A stretch of 64,000 bases of DNA from an uncultured Alphaproteobacteria bacterium (GTDB taxonomy: Bacteria; Pseudomonadota; Alphaproteobacteria; HIMB59; GCA-002718135): positions 50,529 through 114,528 of the forward strand of contig CACFXU010000005.1 in NCBI GenBank assembly GCA_902570155.1. Direction: 5' to 3'. The stretch's first letter is position 1; each line of letters opens with the position of its first letter. Positions 22,951 to 32,417 of this stretch are shown in pieces. Position numbers and translations under genes: made by a program. The notes below the pieces were generated by a model. It worked only from the letters and a program-made list of their open reading frames with translations. It was not told the origin of the DNA and did no database searches.

Positions 22951-23664
22951 CTATCTTGATGCCCAAAGTAAACCACGTTTATAAATTTTATTCATTTGTG
23001 GATGGTTTAATTCATGTGCAAAATGACCAAGAGAGATATAAAAAATTTTACCTTTCCCAATTCGTCTTTTCCAAGCAACTGGCATTTCTACACCTTTTAA
23101 CCATTCTGTTGTATATGCGTCACCACTTGATGAACCAGGTTCTTGTTCAAGCTTCCAAACTTCGTTACCTTTAAATGTCGTCGTTGCTAAAACTTCATTT
23201 AATGGATCCACATGCATGTAATATTGCTCTGAATGATAATCAAAATCTTCAATACCTTCCATGATTGGATCATCTTTTTTTGTTATATTGACTTTATAAT
23301 CATGAATACCATTTGGGTGACTTACCCATTGACCACCAGTTAAGAACTGCCAATCAATTGATTGTCTAAATGCATCACACATTCCACCGTGATGACCAGC
23401 AAGACCACATCCATTATGAACAGCTTTAATAACATTATTAACCGCGGTTTTTTTTATTTCTCCTCTTGGATCAAAATGAAAGGCCATAGTTACTATAGGT
23501 ATAAGCAAATCCATTTCGTGAACATAATCTTCTGCAAATGCAGAAGTTTGGTATTCTGCTCTTACCTCATATCCTTCAGGCTCCAGCATGCCTTTAATTA
23601 TTTCAGAACATTTTTCTGGCTCATGTCCTGGCCAACCTCCATAAACTATTAAAGCTTTTTTCAT
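22951..23664 (-). CDS. ThuA-like (GATase1-fold) protein
   Basis: ALIVYGGWPGHEP, GGQWVSHP, SEQYYMHVDP, GKIFYISLGH. Confidence 0.8.
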   Translation of the reverse strand: MKKALIVYGGWPGHEPEKCSEIIKGMLEPEGYEVRAEYQTSAFAEDYVHEMDLLIPIVTMAFHFDPRGEIKKTAVNNVIKAVHNGCGLAGHHGGMCDAFRQSIDWQFLTGGQWVSHPNGIHDYKVNITKKDDPIMEGIEDFDYHSEQYYMHVDPLNEVLATTTFKGNEVWKLEQEPGSSSGDAYTTEWLKGVEMPVAWKRRIGKGKIFYISLGHFAHELNHPQMNKIYKRGLLWASR

Positions 23665-23674
23665 TTTATTCCTT

Positions 23675-24820
23675 TCACTTTAATAAATTACTAATCTCAT
23701 CTTCAGAGAAGTAATCTAAATTTTTAATAGAACTTCTAAGTTCTATTTTCATATTTTCTTTTGATGATTTAATTATACTATCTAGTATATCTAAAACGTG
23801 AAGACTTAATTCTCCACTACATCTATTTAAACGATTATTTTTTATTGCATCAACTGTTTCGCTCACACCTATACCTCTATAGTTAGCAATACCTGCTGAC
23901 TCATTTGCTTTTTCAGATTTATTTTTAATATTTATTTTCCCTAAATTGTTATTCTTGGTATCTATATTTTCCCAACTTCCATTTTTTGATTTACAAACTA
24001 GAATATCACCACCGAACATATTTGGATCAGGAATATTTATTGAACCTTTATCGCCATATAATTCTATGTGATTCTTACTATGTTTCCAGACATCAAAAGA
24101 AAAAAATGAATCAATTAATGCGCCATTTTGAAATTCTATTTGTGAAACTAATGTTGTTGGGATTTCAACTTCTATTTCCTGCCCTTGTCTATCACCACTG
24201 CCAATAACTCTTTTTTGATAAACTGTTCTTGATTGTGTAAAAACATTTTTCACAGGACCGAGTAAGTTTACTAGTGCTGTAAAATAATATGGACCCATAT
24301 CAAGTATTGGGCCACCACCATATTTATAGTAAAAATCTGGGTTAGGATGCCAGATTTCATGTCCAGCTACACCCATTGAAATACTTCCAAGATTTATTTT
24401 ACCTATTTCATTTTGATCAATAATTTTTTTTGCTTCCTGTATACCCGCTCCAAGAAAAGTATCTGGTGCACAACCCACATGTAAACCTTTTGAATTACCC
24501 AAATTAACCAACTCTTGACCATGTTCAAATTTTATTGAAAGTGGCTTTTCTGAATAAGAATGTTTACCAGCTTCAAGAATTGATTTTGAAACTTCAAAGT
24601 GAACATCTGGGATTGTTAAATTTATAATTAATTCAATTTCTTTATTAGATAATATTTGATCTACAGATAACTGTTCTACACCATACTTTTCTGCATAATT
24701 TTTTGCAGCTTCATTTTTAATATCAGCACATGCAACAATTTGAAAATTATTAAAGTACTTCTGGGAATTACTGAAATAAATATCGGCAATATTTCCACAA
24801 CCTATAATTCCTACTTTCAT
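23675..24820 (-). CDS. Gfo/Idh/MocA family NAD(P) oxidoreductase
   Basis: GIIGCGNIA, SEKP, APDTFLG, GGGPILDMGPYY; start set at ATG 24820. Confidence 0.9.
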   Translation of the reverse strand: MKVGIIGCGNIADIYFSNSQKYFNNFQIVACADIKNEAAKNYAEKYGVEQLSVDQILSNKEIELIINLTIPDVHFEVSKSILEAGKHSYSEKPLSIKFEHGQELVNLGNSKGLHVGCAPDTFLGAGIQEAKKIIDQNEIGKINLGSISMGVAGHEIWHPNPDFYYKYGGGPILDMGPYYFTALVNLLGPVKNVFTQSRTVYQKRVIGSGDRQGQEIEVEIPTTLVSQIEFQNGALIDSFFSFDVWKHSKNHIELYGDKGSINIPDPNMFGGDILVCKSKNGSWENIDTKNNNLGKINIKNKSEKANESAGIANYRGIGVSETVDAIKNNRLNRCSGELSLHVLDILDSIIKSSKENMKIELRSSIKNLDYFSEDEISNLLK

Positions 24821-24824
24821 AAAA

Positions 24825-25649
24825 CTATTCCTTAACTGCTCCACCCGTGAGACCGGCTACAATAAATCTTTGAAGTGCTAAGAAAAAAACTACAGCTGGA
24901 ATTAAAGTAAGAGAGACAAAAGCAAGTATCTTTGGCCAATCAGTAATATACTCACCTCTAAAAACCATTATCCCAAGTGGCCAAGAGTACAAACTTTCAC
25001 TATTTATCATTATAAGAGGTAGTAAATAATTATTCCAACTACCAACAAGATTAATTACTGCAACTGTTGCTATAATTGGTGTTGAAAGAGGCAGTGTAAA
25101 CCTAAAATAAAATTGAGAATATGTGCACCCATCAACAAATGCAGCATCAAATAACTCAGATGGCATTTGTCTAAAAAATCCTCTAAATAATATTATTGCA
25201 AATGCTAAGCCAAATGCAATTTGAGGTAAGATAACTGCCCAAACTGAGCCTAGCAAACCAAGGTCTCTAACTCTCAAAAACAATGGAAGAATTGCTGTGG
25301 CAAAAGGGAAAGTTAAACCAAGTATAAAATAATTAAATAAAAATCTACTTCCAATAAATTTCATATGAGCAAATACAAATGCTGTCATTGAAGCTAATAG
25401 AATAACTAAAAAGGTTGTTCCTGCTGCATATAATACTGAATTCCAAGTAAATAACCAAAACTTGTTATCAACAAGTAAACTTGTGTAATTTGATACTATC
25501 CATTCTGTTGGTAAACCAAGTGAATTAGTTCTTAAATCTCCAATTGTTTTAAAACCACCAGCAATAGAAACATATAAAGGAATGAAAATAATACCTGCCA
25601 ATAAAAAAAGAAACAGATACATGTAATAAGATCTAAAGTTACTAAACAT
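24825..25649 (-). CDS. carbohydrate ABC permease (CUT1, MalG-like)
   Basis: EAA loop ELFDAAFVDG, C-terminal GLTGGAVKE; start 25649 coupled to the upstream stop (TAATG). Confidence 0.92.
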   Translation of the reverse strand: MFSNFRSYYMYLFLFLLAGIIFIPLYVSIAGGFKTIGDLRTNSLGLPTEWIVSNYTSLLVDNKFWLFTWNSVLYAAGTTFLVILLASMTAFVFAHMKFIGSRFLFNYFILGLTFPFATAILPLFLRVRDLGLLGSVWAVILPQIAFGLAFAIILFRGFFRQMPSELFDAAFVDGCTYSQFYFRFTLPLSTPIIATVAVINLVGSWNNYLLPLIMINSESLYSWPLGIMVFRGEYITDWPKILAFVSLTLIPAVVFFLALQRFIVAGLTGGAVKE

Positions 25650-26533
25650 TAATCCTTCCTCATTAAAGTTCTTTGATAAGTAAGAGCTATAGTGAAACAA
25701 ATTAAGAAAATAACAACACCGATTGCACTACCAAAACCAAATTTCATTCGCATGACTCCAAAATAATATAAATATGTAACCATTGAATGAGTTTGATTTG
25801 ACGGCCCTCCACCTGTAAGTGGCATAATTATATCAAATAATTGTAGAGCTCCTAGAATAGATAAAAAAACTGATAATCTTATTGTAGGTAAAATGATTGG
25901 TATTTTTATTCTCCACGCAGTAGTTACTGGACCAGCACCATCAACTCTAGCTGCCTCTAAAACTTCTTTAGAAATATTTTGAAGACCCGCAATATAAATC
26001 ATCATATGAATTCCAAAGTATTTCCAAAAAATTACAATATATAGAGCAATCATTGCAGTTTCTTTTTCAGCAATCATATGAGGTGGTTCTGCTCCAAAGA
26101 AATTCCAAATTGCAGCAACCATTCCATAGTTACCATCATAAATATATGCCCAAATTAATCCTGTTACTATTTCTGCTAAGATATATGGTAAGAAAAAAAC
26201 AGTTCTGAAAAAATTAGCTCCTCTTATTTTATCTGAAATCATTAATGCAACCAATAATGCAAAAGGCAATTGTAGAAATAATGAAATAGCAATAATGTAA
26301 AAATTATTTTTTAATGAAAGAATAAATGTCTTATTTTTAAAAAGATATTTATAGTTTTTTAAACCAACATATTTATTAGGATCACCATATCCATCCCATC
26401 TATAGAAACTGTAATATGCTGCCTCTATTATTGGCAAGACGACAAACATTGTAAAAATAGTTAATGCAGGAATAATAAATATTACCAAAGTGGAATACTT
26501 ACTTAATATAGCATTAAATTTAGGTGATTGCAT
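25649..26533 (-). CDS. carbohydrate ABC permease (CUT1, MalF-like)
   Basis: VGLKNY, RTVFFLP, EVLEAARVDGA, TGGGP. Confidence 0.92.
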   Translation of the reverse strand: MQSPKFNAILSKYSTLVIFIIPALTIFTMFVVLPIIEAAYYSFYRWDGYGDPNKYVGLKNYKYLFKNKTFILSLKNNFYIIAISLFLQLPFALLVALMISDKIRGANFFRTVFFLPYILAEIVTGLIWAYIYDGNYGMVAAIWNFFGAEPPHMIAEKETAMIALYIVIFWKYFGIHMMIYIAGLQNISKEVLEAARVDGAGPVTTAWRIKIPIILPTIRLSVFLSILGALQLFDIIMPLTGGGPSNQTHSMVTYLYYFGVMRMKFGFGSAIGVVIFLICFTIALTYQRTLMRKD

Positions 26534-26543
26534 TATATTTCCT

Positions 26544-26572
26544 AGAGAAGGCTTTTTATAAAAGCCTTCTCT
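26544..26572 (-). terminator. 13-bp stem hairpin between binding-protein and permease genes (no U-tract; probably an mRNA-stabilising hairpin)
   Basis: agagaaggctttt-tat-aaaagccttctct; on the minus strand it is followed directly by AGGAAATATAATG. Confidence 0.7.
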
Positions 26573-26582
26573 TTATAAATAT

Positions 26583-27836
26583 TTACTGATTAAATTCCCA
26601 AGACTCTTGGACAAGTTGTGCTGCTTCTTCTGCTGAAATAATTCCTGCAGCTAAATCAGTAGAAACATCATTTACAACTCTGCCAATATCTGGACCTAAA
26701 AATTGGTCATAGAAAATTTGATGATATTGTGAGTTTCCAATGTTGTTTGCAACTTGAGCAAGTAAAGGATTGGTAATTGATTTATCTGCACCTTTTACAA
26801 CTGGAAGATAAGCACCTTTCGCAGCATCTTCATTTTGAATGTCTGCTGAAACTAAGTGCATTAAAAATTCTACAGCTGAGTCTGGTGCAGTTTTAGAAAC
26901 CAGCCATCCATTGATACCTCCTAAAGTATCAGCAGAGTCACCAAGGGCTCCTGGAGTCATTGGCATACTAAAGATACCCATATTGTCGTCTCCTAAACCT
27001 TCTCCACTTGCACTGTTAGATTTTTGAGCTGGATACATCCAATTACCCATGAAAGCCATTGCACATTTTCCATCTCCGAAGAAACCAGCTTGATCAGGCC
27101 AAGTATGACTTAACCAACCATCTTGAAAAGGTTCTAGAGCTACAAGTTCTAACATTTGTTCACCTGATTTAATGTACTCTGGTCTATCCCAACCACCATT
27201 TTCGAGTGATTCAAGGAATAATGACTCGCCACCATTTCTAATGTGTAAATGTGTCCAAATAAAATGAACAGGCCATTTATCTTTTCCTCCAATACAAATT
27301 GGAGTTATGCCAGCAGATTTAATTTGTTTTACTGCTGAAAGAAGATCGTCCCACATTTTGATACCATTAACATCAACACCAGCTTGGTTAACTAAATCTT
27401 TGTTATACCACCACGTGACTTGTGAAACATTTCTTGGAACTCCTACTCTTTGTCCTTTGTATACAAATGCATTTGCTGCAGCTGCACTTAGTGTAGATAA
27501 ATATTCATCAGTGATAACATCAGATATATCTCTTAAAAATCCTGCTTCAGCTTGTGCATACATTACTCCACCTCCCCAGCTATTAAAAATATCTGGTCTG
27601 TCATCTGATTGTAACATTGTTGGAAGTTTAGCTTTAAATGATTCATTTTCGAGATACATCATCTCAACTTTGTGCCCAGTTTTAGCTTCAAATTCTTCAA
27701 CAGCTCTTACAAAGTTTGGATACTCAGGTGAGCTTTCACCAGTTAAGTGTAACCATTTAATTGTATCTGCTTGAACAGAAGAAAAGAAAAATAAAGATAC
27801 TGAACCTATGATAAATTTAAATAAATTCTTCATCAT
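26583..27836 (-). CDS. carbohydrate ABC substrate-binding protein (CUT1)
   Basis: Sec signal ending VQA, PDIFNSWGG, WYNKDL, AFMGNW; AGGAGG SD. Confidence 0.9.
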   Translation of the reverse strand: MMKNLFKFIIGSVSLFFFSSVQADTIKWLHLTGESSPEYPNFVRAVEEFEAKTGHKVEMMYLENESFKAKLPTMLQSDDRPDIFNSWGGGVMYAQAEAGFLRDISDVITDEYLSTLSAAAANAFVYKGQRVGVPRNVSQVTWWYNKDLVNQAGVDVNGIKMWDDLLSAVKQIKSAGITPICIGGKDKWPVHFIWTHLHIRNGGESLFLESLENGGWDRPEYIKSGEQMLELVALEPFQDGWLSHTWPDQAGFFGDGKCAMAFMGNWMYPAQKSNSASGEGLGDDNMGIFSMPMTPGALGDSADTLGGINGWLVSKTAPDSAVEFLMHLVSADIQNEDAAKGAYLPVVKGADKSITNPLLAQVANNIGNSQYHQIFYDQFLGPDIGRVVNDVSTDLAAGIISAEEAAQLVQESWEFNQ

Positions 27837-27935
27837 TCCTCCTAAATTTTAAATAATCTTACTCAGATAAGTAATATAATCAATAATCATATTGTCTTTT
27901 TTTTAAATAAAAAACATATAAAAATTAATACTAAA

Positions 27936-29438
27936 ATGAAGAAACCTAATATTGTTATTTTTAATCCTGATCAATGGAGAGGAGATATGCTTGGATATCT
28001 TGGTTATCCAGGCGCTAAAACTCCTAATTTAGATAGTATAATTAAAGAAGACGCGGTTGCATTTAAGAATGCTTTTTGCCAAGCAACAGTTTGTACACCA
28101 AGTCGATGTTCATTTATGACTGGTTGGTATCCACATGTGCATGGTCATCGAACAATGCATTATATGTTACATACTGATCAAGGTGACTCCAGTATTTTAT
28201 CAGAACTAAAAAATAAAGATTACTTTATTTGGTGGGGTGGAAAAAATGATTTGATAGCAGGTCAGGAAGGATATCGTAATCATTGTGATATTTATTTTGA
28301 ACCAACTGAAAGAGATTTTCAAAAATGGGATTACACTCAACAACCTGGTACTCATGGAGGAGATCTATCATGGCGAGGACCTGAAGATGGAGATAATTAT
28401 TATAGTTTTTTCAAAGGAAAATTAGATAAAAAAGATAAAGATATTTATTTTGATGATGATTGGTCCATGGTTTATGGAGCATTAGATTTTATAAAAGATT
28501 ATAAACAAGAAAAACCATTCTGTTTATTTCTACCGCTTGGTTATCCGCATCCTCCTTACTGTGTAGAGGATCCATGGTTCTCTTCAATTGATCGAAGCAT
28601 AATACCTAATAGATATCAATACAAAACTTTGGAAGACAAGCCAAGTCTTTTAAAAGGAATTATGGATGGGCAAAGAATGCAAGATTGGACCGATGAACGG
28701 TGGAATGAATTACGAGCAGTATATCTTGGTATGTGTGCAAGAGTAGATTATCAATTTGGACTTTTGGTCAATCAACTTAAAGAAGATAATTTGTATGATG
28801 ATACTTTAATAATTTTTTTATCTGATCATGGTGACTTTACAGGTGATTATAATTTAGTTGAAAAAACACAAAATACTTTTCAAGACTGTCTTACTAATGT
28901 TCCTCTTATTATAAAACCACCAAAAAGTGAAAATACCTTAAATGGTGTTAGCGATACAATGATTGAATTAATTGATATTGCTGGAACCATATATGATTAC
29001 AGTAATATCGAGCCCTCATATTGGCATTTTGGCAAAAGTATTAAAAATTTTATTGAACAGAAAACTGATAATCATAGAGAAGAAGTATTTACGGAAGGTG
29101 GTAGACTTAGATTAGAAAGACAAGCAAGTGAAAATCAAAGTCTTCAATTACCCCATGGTCTTTATTATCCTAGAGTTAGTTTACAAGGTCAAGAGGATGA
29201 AATTTTAATGCATACCAAAGCAACAATGTGCAGAAATAAAAAATTTAAATATATTAAAAGAGCTTACGAAAAAGATGAGTTTTATAATTTAATCGAAGAT
29301 CCTGGAGAAATTAATAATGTTATTAATGATCCTCAATATGAGTCAGAACTTAAAAAACTAAAAGATAAAATGCTTTCATGGTATCAAGAAACTTGCGATG
29401 TTGTTCCATTAAAAGGTGATGAAAGAAATTTCAATTAA
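27936..29438 (+). CDS. Cys-type (formylglycine) sulfatase-family hydrolase
   Basis: PNIV...DQWR, CTPSR, PHPPY, SDHGD; no signal peptide visible. Confidence 0.9.
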   Translation: MKKPNIVIFNPDQWRGDMLGYLGYPGAKTPNLDSIIKEDAVAFKNAFCQATVCTPSRCSFMTGWYPHVHGHRTMHYMLHTDQGDSSILSELKNKDYFIWWGGKNDLIAGQEGYRNHCDIYFEPTERDFQKWDYTQQPGTHGGDLSWRGPEDGDNYYSFFKGKLDKKDKDIYFDDDWSMVYGALDFIKDYKQEKPFCLFLPLGYPHPPYCVEDPWFSSIDRSIIPNRYQYKTLEDKPSLLKGIMDGQRMQDWTDERWNELRAVYLGMCARVDYQFGLLVNQLKEDNLYDDTLIIFLSDHGDFTGDYNLVEKTQNTFQDCLTNVPLIIKPPKSENTLNGVSDTMIELIDIAGTIYDYSNIEPSYWHFGKSIKNFIEQKTDNHREEVFTEGGRLRLERQASENQSLQLPHGLYYPRVSLQGQEDEILMHTKATMCRNKKFKYIKRAYEKDEFYNLIEDPGEINNVINDPQYESELKKLKDKMLSWYQETCDVVPLKGDERNFN

Positions 29439-30355
29439 TATAATTCGTTTTCAATTCTTGTAAGCCAATAGTCGACATCCATTTTCTTGTGACCGGTTAA
29501 CAACCTCCAAAACTTGACAACATTTATTTTATCAAGTCTATTAGTATCTGCTTCTTGCCAAGGATAGGGCCTCATTAAAATATCATTGATAGTTTGATCC
29601 TTAGTTTCATCAGTCCAATACAAAGCACGGTTTGGTAAAGGTTGATATTTTTTTTCAGGATCCCATAACAATTCTTGTTTTTCTGTAGGTTGAAGTCTTA
29701 CTTTAAACATATAACGAATATTTTCTGAAAAATTGACTCCAGCTCCATGCCAAAGACCGCTATGAAAAATACCAATGGTACCAGGTTTACACACTATACT
29801 TTTTTGCCCAAGAATATTCTGATATTTTGCAATAGCCATTTCATTAACAATACGTAAGTGTGTTCCTGGATGATACCTTGTTCCACCCATTTCTTTCGTT
29901 ACTTCAGTTGGAAAATAAAATAGTTGAACATCAAAGGTACTTCTTGGATCTATCGTACTATCTTGATGGTTTGCTTGAGACATTTGGCGTTGATTTGCTT
30001 GATTAAAATATTTTGTTGGAAATGTTATATGAAGAAATTGGTGATCAACAATTGTATTACTTCCTACTAGACTTGTAATAGCGCCCTCAACTACTTCATT
30101 TTTGAAAATTTTATCGAGAGGTGAGTTTTTGGGAAATGCTTCTTTAAGTGGTGTGCCCGCAGGTATTCTTGGAATACTACTGGTAGCTTTAATATTCTTA
30201 TAAAAATCATTAACACTATCAGCTTTATCAATATCTGTATGACCAATATCATCTAAAAATTCTTTATTGGTTTGTTCATCAATTAATTCATCAAAAAATA
30301 AACATCCACTGCTAGCAAATTCTGCCATTTGCTCTGTTGTTAATAATTTTGGCAT
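29435..30355 (-). CDS. PhyH-family Fe(II)/2-oxoglutarate dioxygenase
   Basis: N-terminal LLTTEQMAEF, HQD, MGGT..PGTH, LWHG facial-triad pattern. Confidence 0.8.
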   Translation of the reverse strand: MPKLLTTEQMAEFASSGCLFFDELIDEQTNKEFLDDIGHTDIDKADSVNDFYKNIKATSSIPRIPAGTPLKEAFPKNSPLDKIFKNEVVEGAITSLVGSNTIVDHQFLHITFPTKYFNQANQRQMSQANHQDSTIDPRSTFDVQLFYFPTEVTKEMGGTRYHPGTHLRIVNEMAIAKYQNILGQKSIVCKPGTIGIFHSGLWHGAGVNFSENIRYMFKVRLQPTEKQELLWDPEKKYQPLPNRALYWTDETKDQTINDILMRPYPWQEADTNRLDKINVVKFWRLLTGHKKMDVDYWLTRIENELY

Positions 30356-30356
30356 A

Positions 30357-30635
30357 CTAAAAATCTCCTTCTTCTAATTTTTCAAAAAAAAATTCATGTT
30401 TTAAATATGATGTTCTATGTTCCTCACCAGGTTGTTCTGGTATAGCTTGACTTGCTTGAAACAATCTCCACCCATCTAACAATGCATCAAGACCAGTAGG
30501 ATATGGTGGAGTGTCACTGTCTCCAGTCATATGTAATTTTTTTCCGGTACCATCAAAAGTTGCCCAAGAAATAACTTCAGCTTCTAAACTTGGAAACTTT
30601 AAATAGAGAACTAAAACTTTTTGTCTTTTTGCCAT
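30357..30635 (-). CDS. 92-aa hypothetical protein coupled to the PhyH gene
   Basis: Fills the gap between permease and PhyH on the same strand; 1 nt between its stop and the PhyH ATG, with an AGGAG SD inside its 3' end. Confidence 0.8.
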   Translation of the reverse strand: MAKRQKVLVLYLKFPSLEAEVISWATFDGTGKKLHMTGDSDTPPYPTGLDALLDGWRLFQASQAIPEQPGEEHRTSYLKHEFFFEKLEEGDF

Positions 30636-30649
30636 TTAATAAACTTATA

Positions 30650-31468
30650 CTATTTTCCTAACCCTGCCAATGATCTAACAAAATACTTTTGGAATATTAG
30701 GAATACTATCAACACAGGAATTACCGCTATTGTAAGTCCTGCCATAATTGCCCCCCAATCAGATGTCCACTCTCCTCTTAGTTTTAATAGACCTATAGGC
30801 AAAGTTTTAAAGTCGTCTGAAGTTAACATTATTAGTGCTAATAAAAATTCATTCCAAATCCAAACAGTTTGAAAAATTGCAGCACTTGCAATAACTGGTC
30901 CAGAAAGGGGTACAATAATTCTGAAAAATATTTGAAGCTTTGTACAACCATCAATAGTGGCAGCCTCTTCTACTTCTTTTGGAAAATCCAGAAAGAAAGC
31001 ATAAAAAAGTATAACGGTAAAAGGAATTCCAAATGCAGTAAGAGGCATAATAACTCCAAATAAACTGTTTAATAAATTTAAGTTTGAAACCATCGTATAT
31101 AAGGGAACAAGAACTGCAGCAGGTGGAATTGCAAAACCTGCTACTATCAATAGATAAACAAATTTATTAATTTTAAAATCGATTCTTGATAGTACGTACG
31201 CTGCCATTCCTGAAATTGTAACAATTAAAAAGACGGCAAAAAAAGATACTATGAAAGAATTCATCATAAAACTTCCCAGTCCAACACTTAGAGCTTTTTC
31301 AAAAGAAGAAATTCCAAATTGACTAGGAATCCCCAAAGGTTCTAAAAAAATTTCTCGTTTAGATTTAAATGTTGTTAATACCATTACTAAAATTGGCATT
31401 AAAACATAGATGCTAAACAGTGTTACAAAACCATAAGCTATTATATTTGCTATTTTAAATCGACTCAT
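30650..31468 (-). CDS. carbohydrate ABC permease (MalG-like)
   Basis: EVEEAATIDG, WNEFLLAL, KTLPIGL. Confidence 0.92.
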   Translation of the reverse strand: MSRFKIANIIAYGFVTLFSIYVLMPILVMVLTTFKSKREIFLEPLGIPSQFGISSFEKALSVGLGSFMMNSFIVSFFAVFLIVTISGMAAYVLSRIDFKINKFVYLLIVAGFAIPPAAVLVPLYTMVSNLNLLNSLFGVIMPLTAFGIPFTVILFYAFFLDFPKEVEEAATIDGCTKLQIFFRIIVPLSGPVIASAAIFQTVWIWNEFLLALIMLTSDDFKTLPIGLLKLRGEWTSDWGAIMAGLTIAVIPVLIVFLIFQKYFVRSLAGLGK

Positions 31469-32373
31469 TAAGCTTTCCTACTGGATTTAAGTTGTAACCA
31501 CCCTAAAAATAATGCAATGATAAGAAGTATTACGGATAATGCGTTGGCGTATCCCATATGAAGCAAATTGAATGCTTGTAAATAAATGTAAGTACCTAAA
31601 ACTTGAGTTGCATTGGCTGGCCCTCCTTGAGTAAATACAAAAATAAATTCAAAAACTTTAAATGCCCCTATGGTTGTTATCAAAATTGCAACAATCAAAA
31701 CATTTCTAATCATTGGAAGTGTAATATACCAAAAAGCTTTAACTCCAGTTGCACCATCTATTTCGGCTGCATCATAAACTTCTTTAGAAACTCCTTGCAG
31801 ACCAGCAAGAATTAAGACCATCATAAATCCTGTATTTTGCCATGCAGCTGTTATCATTATCATCCAAATTGAAATATTAGGATCTCCTAACCACCCCTTA
31901 GACGGTGTTGATAAACCAATAGATTTAAAGATAGCATTTAATATACCAACATTTGGGTCATAGATTATTAACCAAATTAAACTCACTGCAACTGATGATA
32001 TGACCATTGGAGTAAATATTATGGTTCGAAAAATTACCCTTCCATATTTTATTCCTCGATCAAGAATTGCTGCTAAAATTGTTCCAACACCTACCTGAAG
32101 AACAATAGAAGCAAAAACTATTATAAAGTTATTTTTCAACGCTACCCAAAAATATTCATCCTGCGTTGCTTTAACGTAATTCCCAAAGCCCACCCATTTC
32201 CAATTGTTCATTGAAGTAAGGCTGTAGCTATAAAATGATCCTACAATTGTACCTATAGCAGGAATAAAGATAAAAATCGTACAAAATATTAAAGCCGGTA
32301 CAAGAAGTATAGTGGCTGATACTTTGTCATTTGACAAAGAAAAACTATTTGTTTGTGTATTATTTTTGTTCAT
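31468..32373 (-). CDS. carbohydrate ABC permease (MalF-like)
   Basis: VGFGNY, YDAAEIDGA, TQGGPANAT. Confidence 0.92.
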   Translation of the reverse strand: MNKNNTQTNSFSLSNDKVSATILLVPALIFCTIFIFIPAIGTIVGSFYSYSLTSMNNWKWVGFGNYVKATQDEYFWVALKNNFIIVFASIVLQVGVGTILAAILDRGIKYGRVIFRTIIFTPMVISSVAVSLIWLIIYDPNVGILNAIFKSIGLSTPSKGWLGDPNISIWMIMITAAWQNTGFMMVLILAGLQGVSKEVYDAAEIDGATGVKAFWYITLPMIRNVLIVAILITTIGAFKVFEFIFVFTQGGPANATQVLGTYIYLQAFNLLHMGYANALSVILLIIALFLGWLQLKSSRKA

Positions 32374-32407
32374 AAAAAATTTCGGCTATTAAGAAATAGC
32401 CGAAATT
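32374..32407 (-). terminator. intrinsic terminator-like hairpin between binding-protein and permease genes
   Basis: aatttcggctatt-aaga-aatagccgaaatt (32378-32407); the minus-strand U-run ends at the permease ATG. Confidence 0.75.
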
Positions 32408-32417
32408 AATAAAATAT

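Noticed and set aside
27307-27774. 155-aa plus-strand ORF and the many 60-125 aa ORFs lying antisense or off-frame inside longer genes
   Set aside because: Shadow ORFs overlapping well-supported genes; no recognisable motifs or independent ribosome-binding sites.
27859-27874. TTACT-N6-AGTAA palindrome in the SBP/sulfatase divergent spacer
   Set aside because: Only 5-bp AT-rich arms and not repeated in other spacers.
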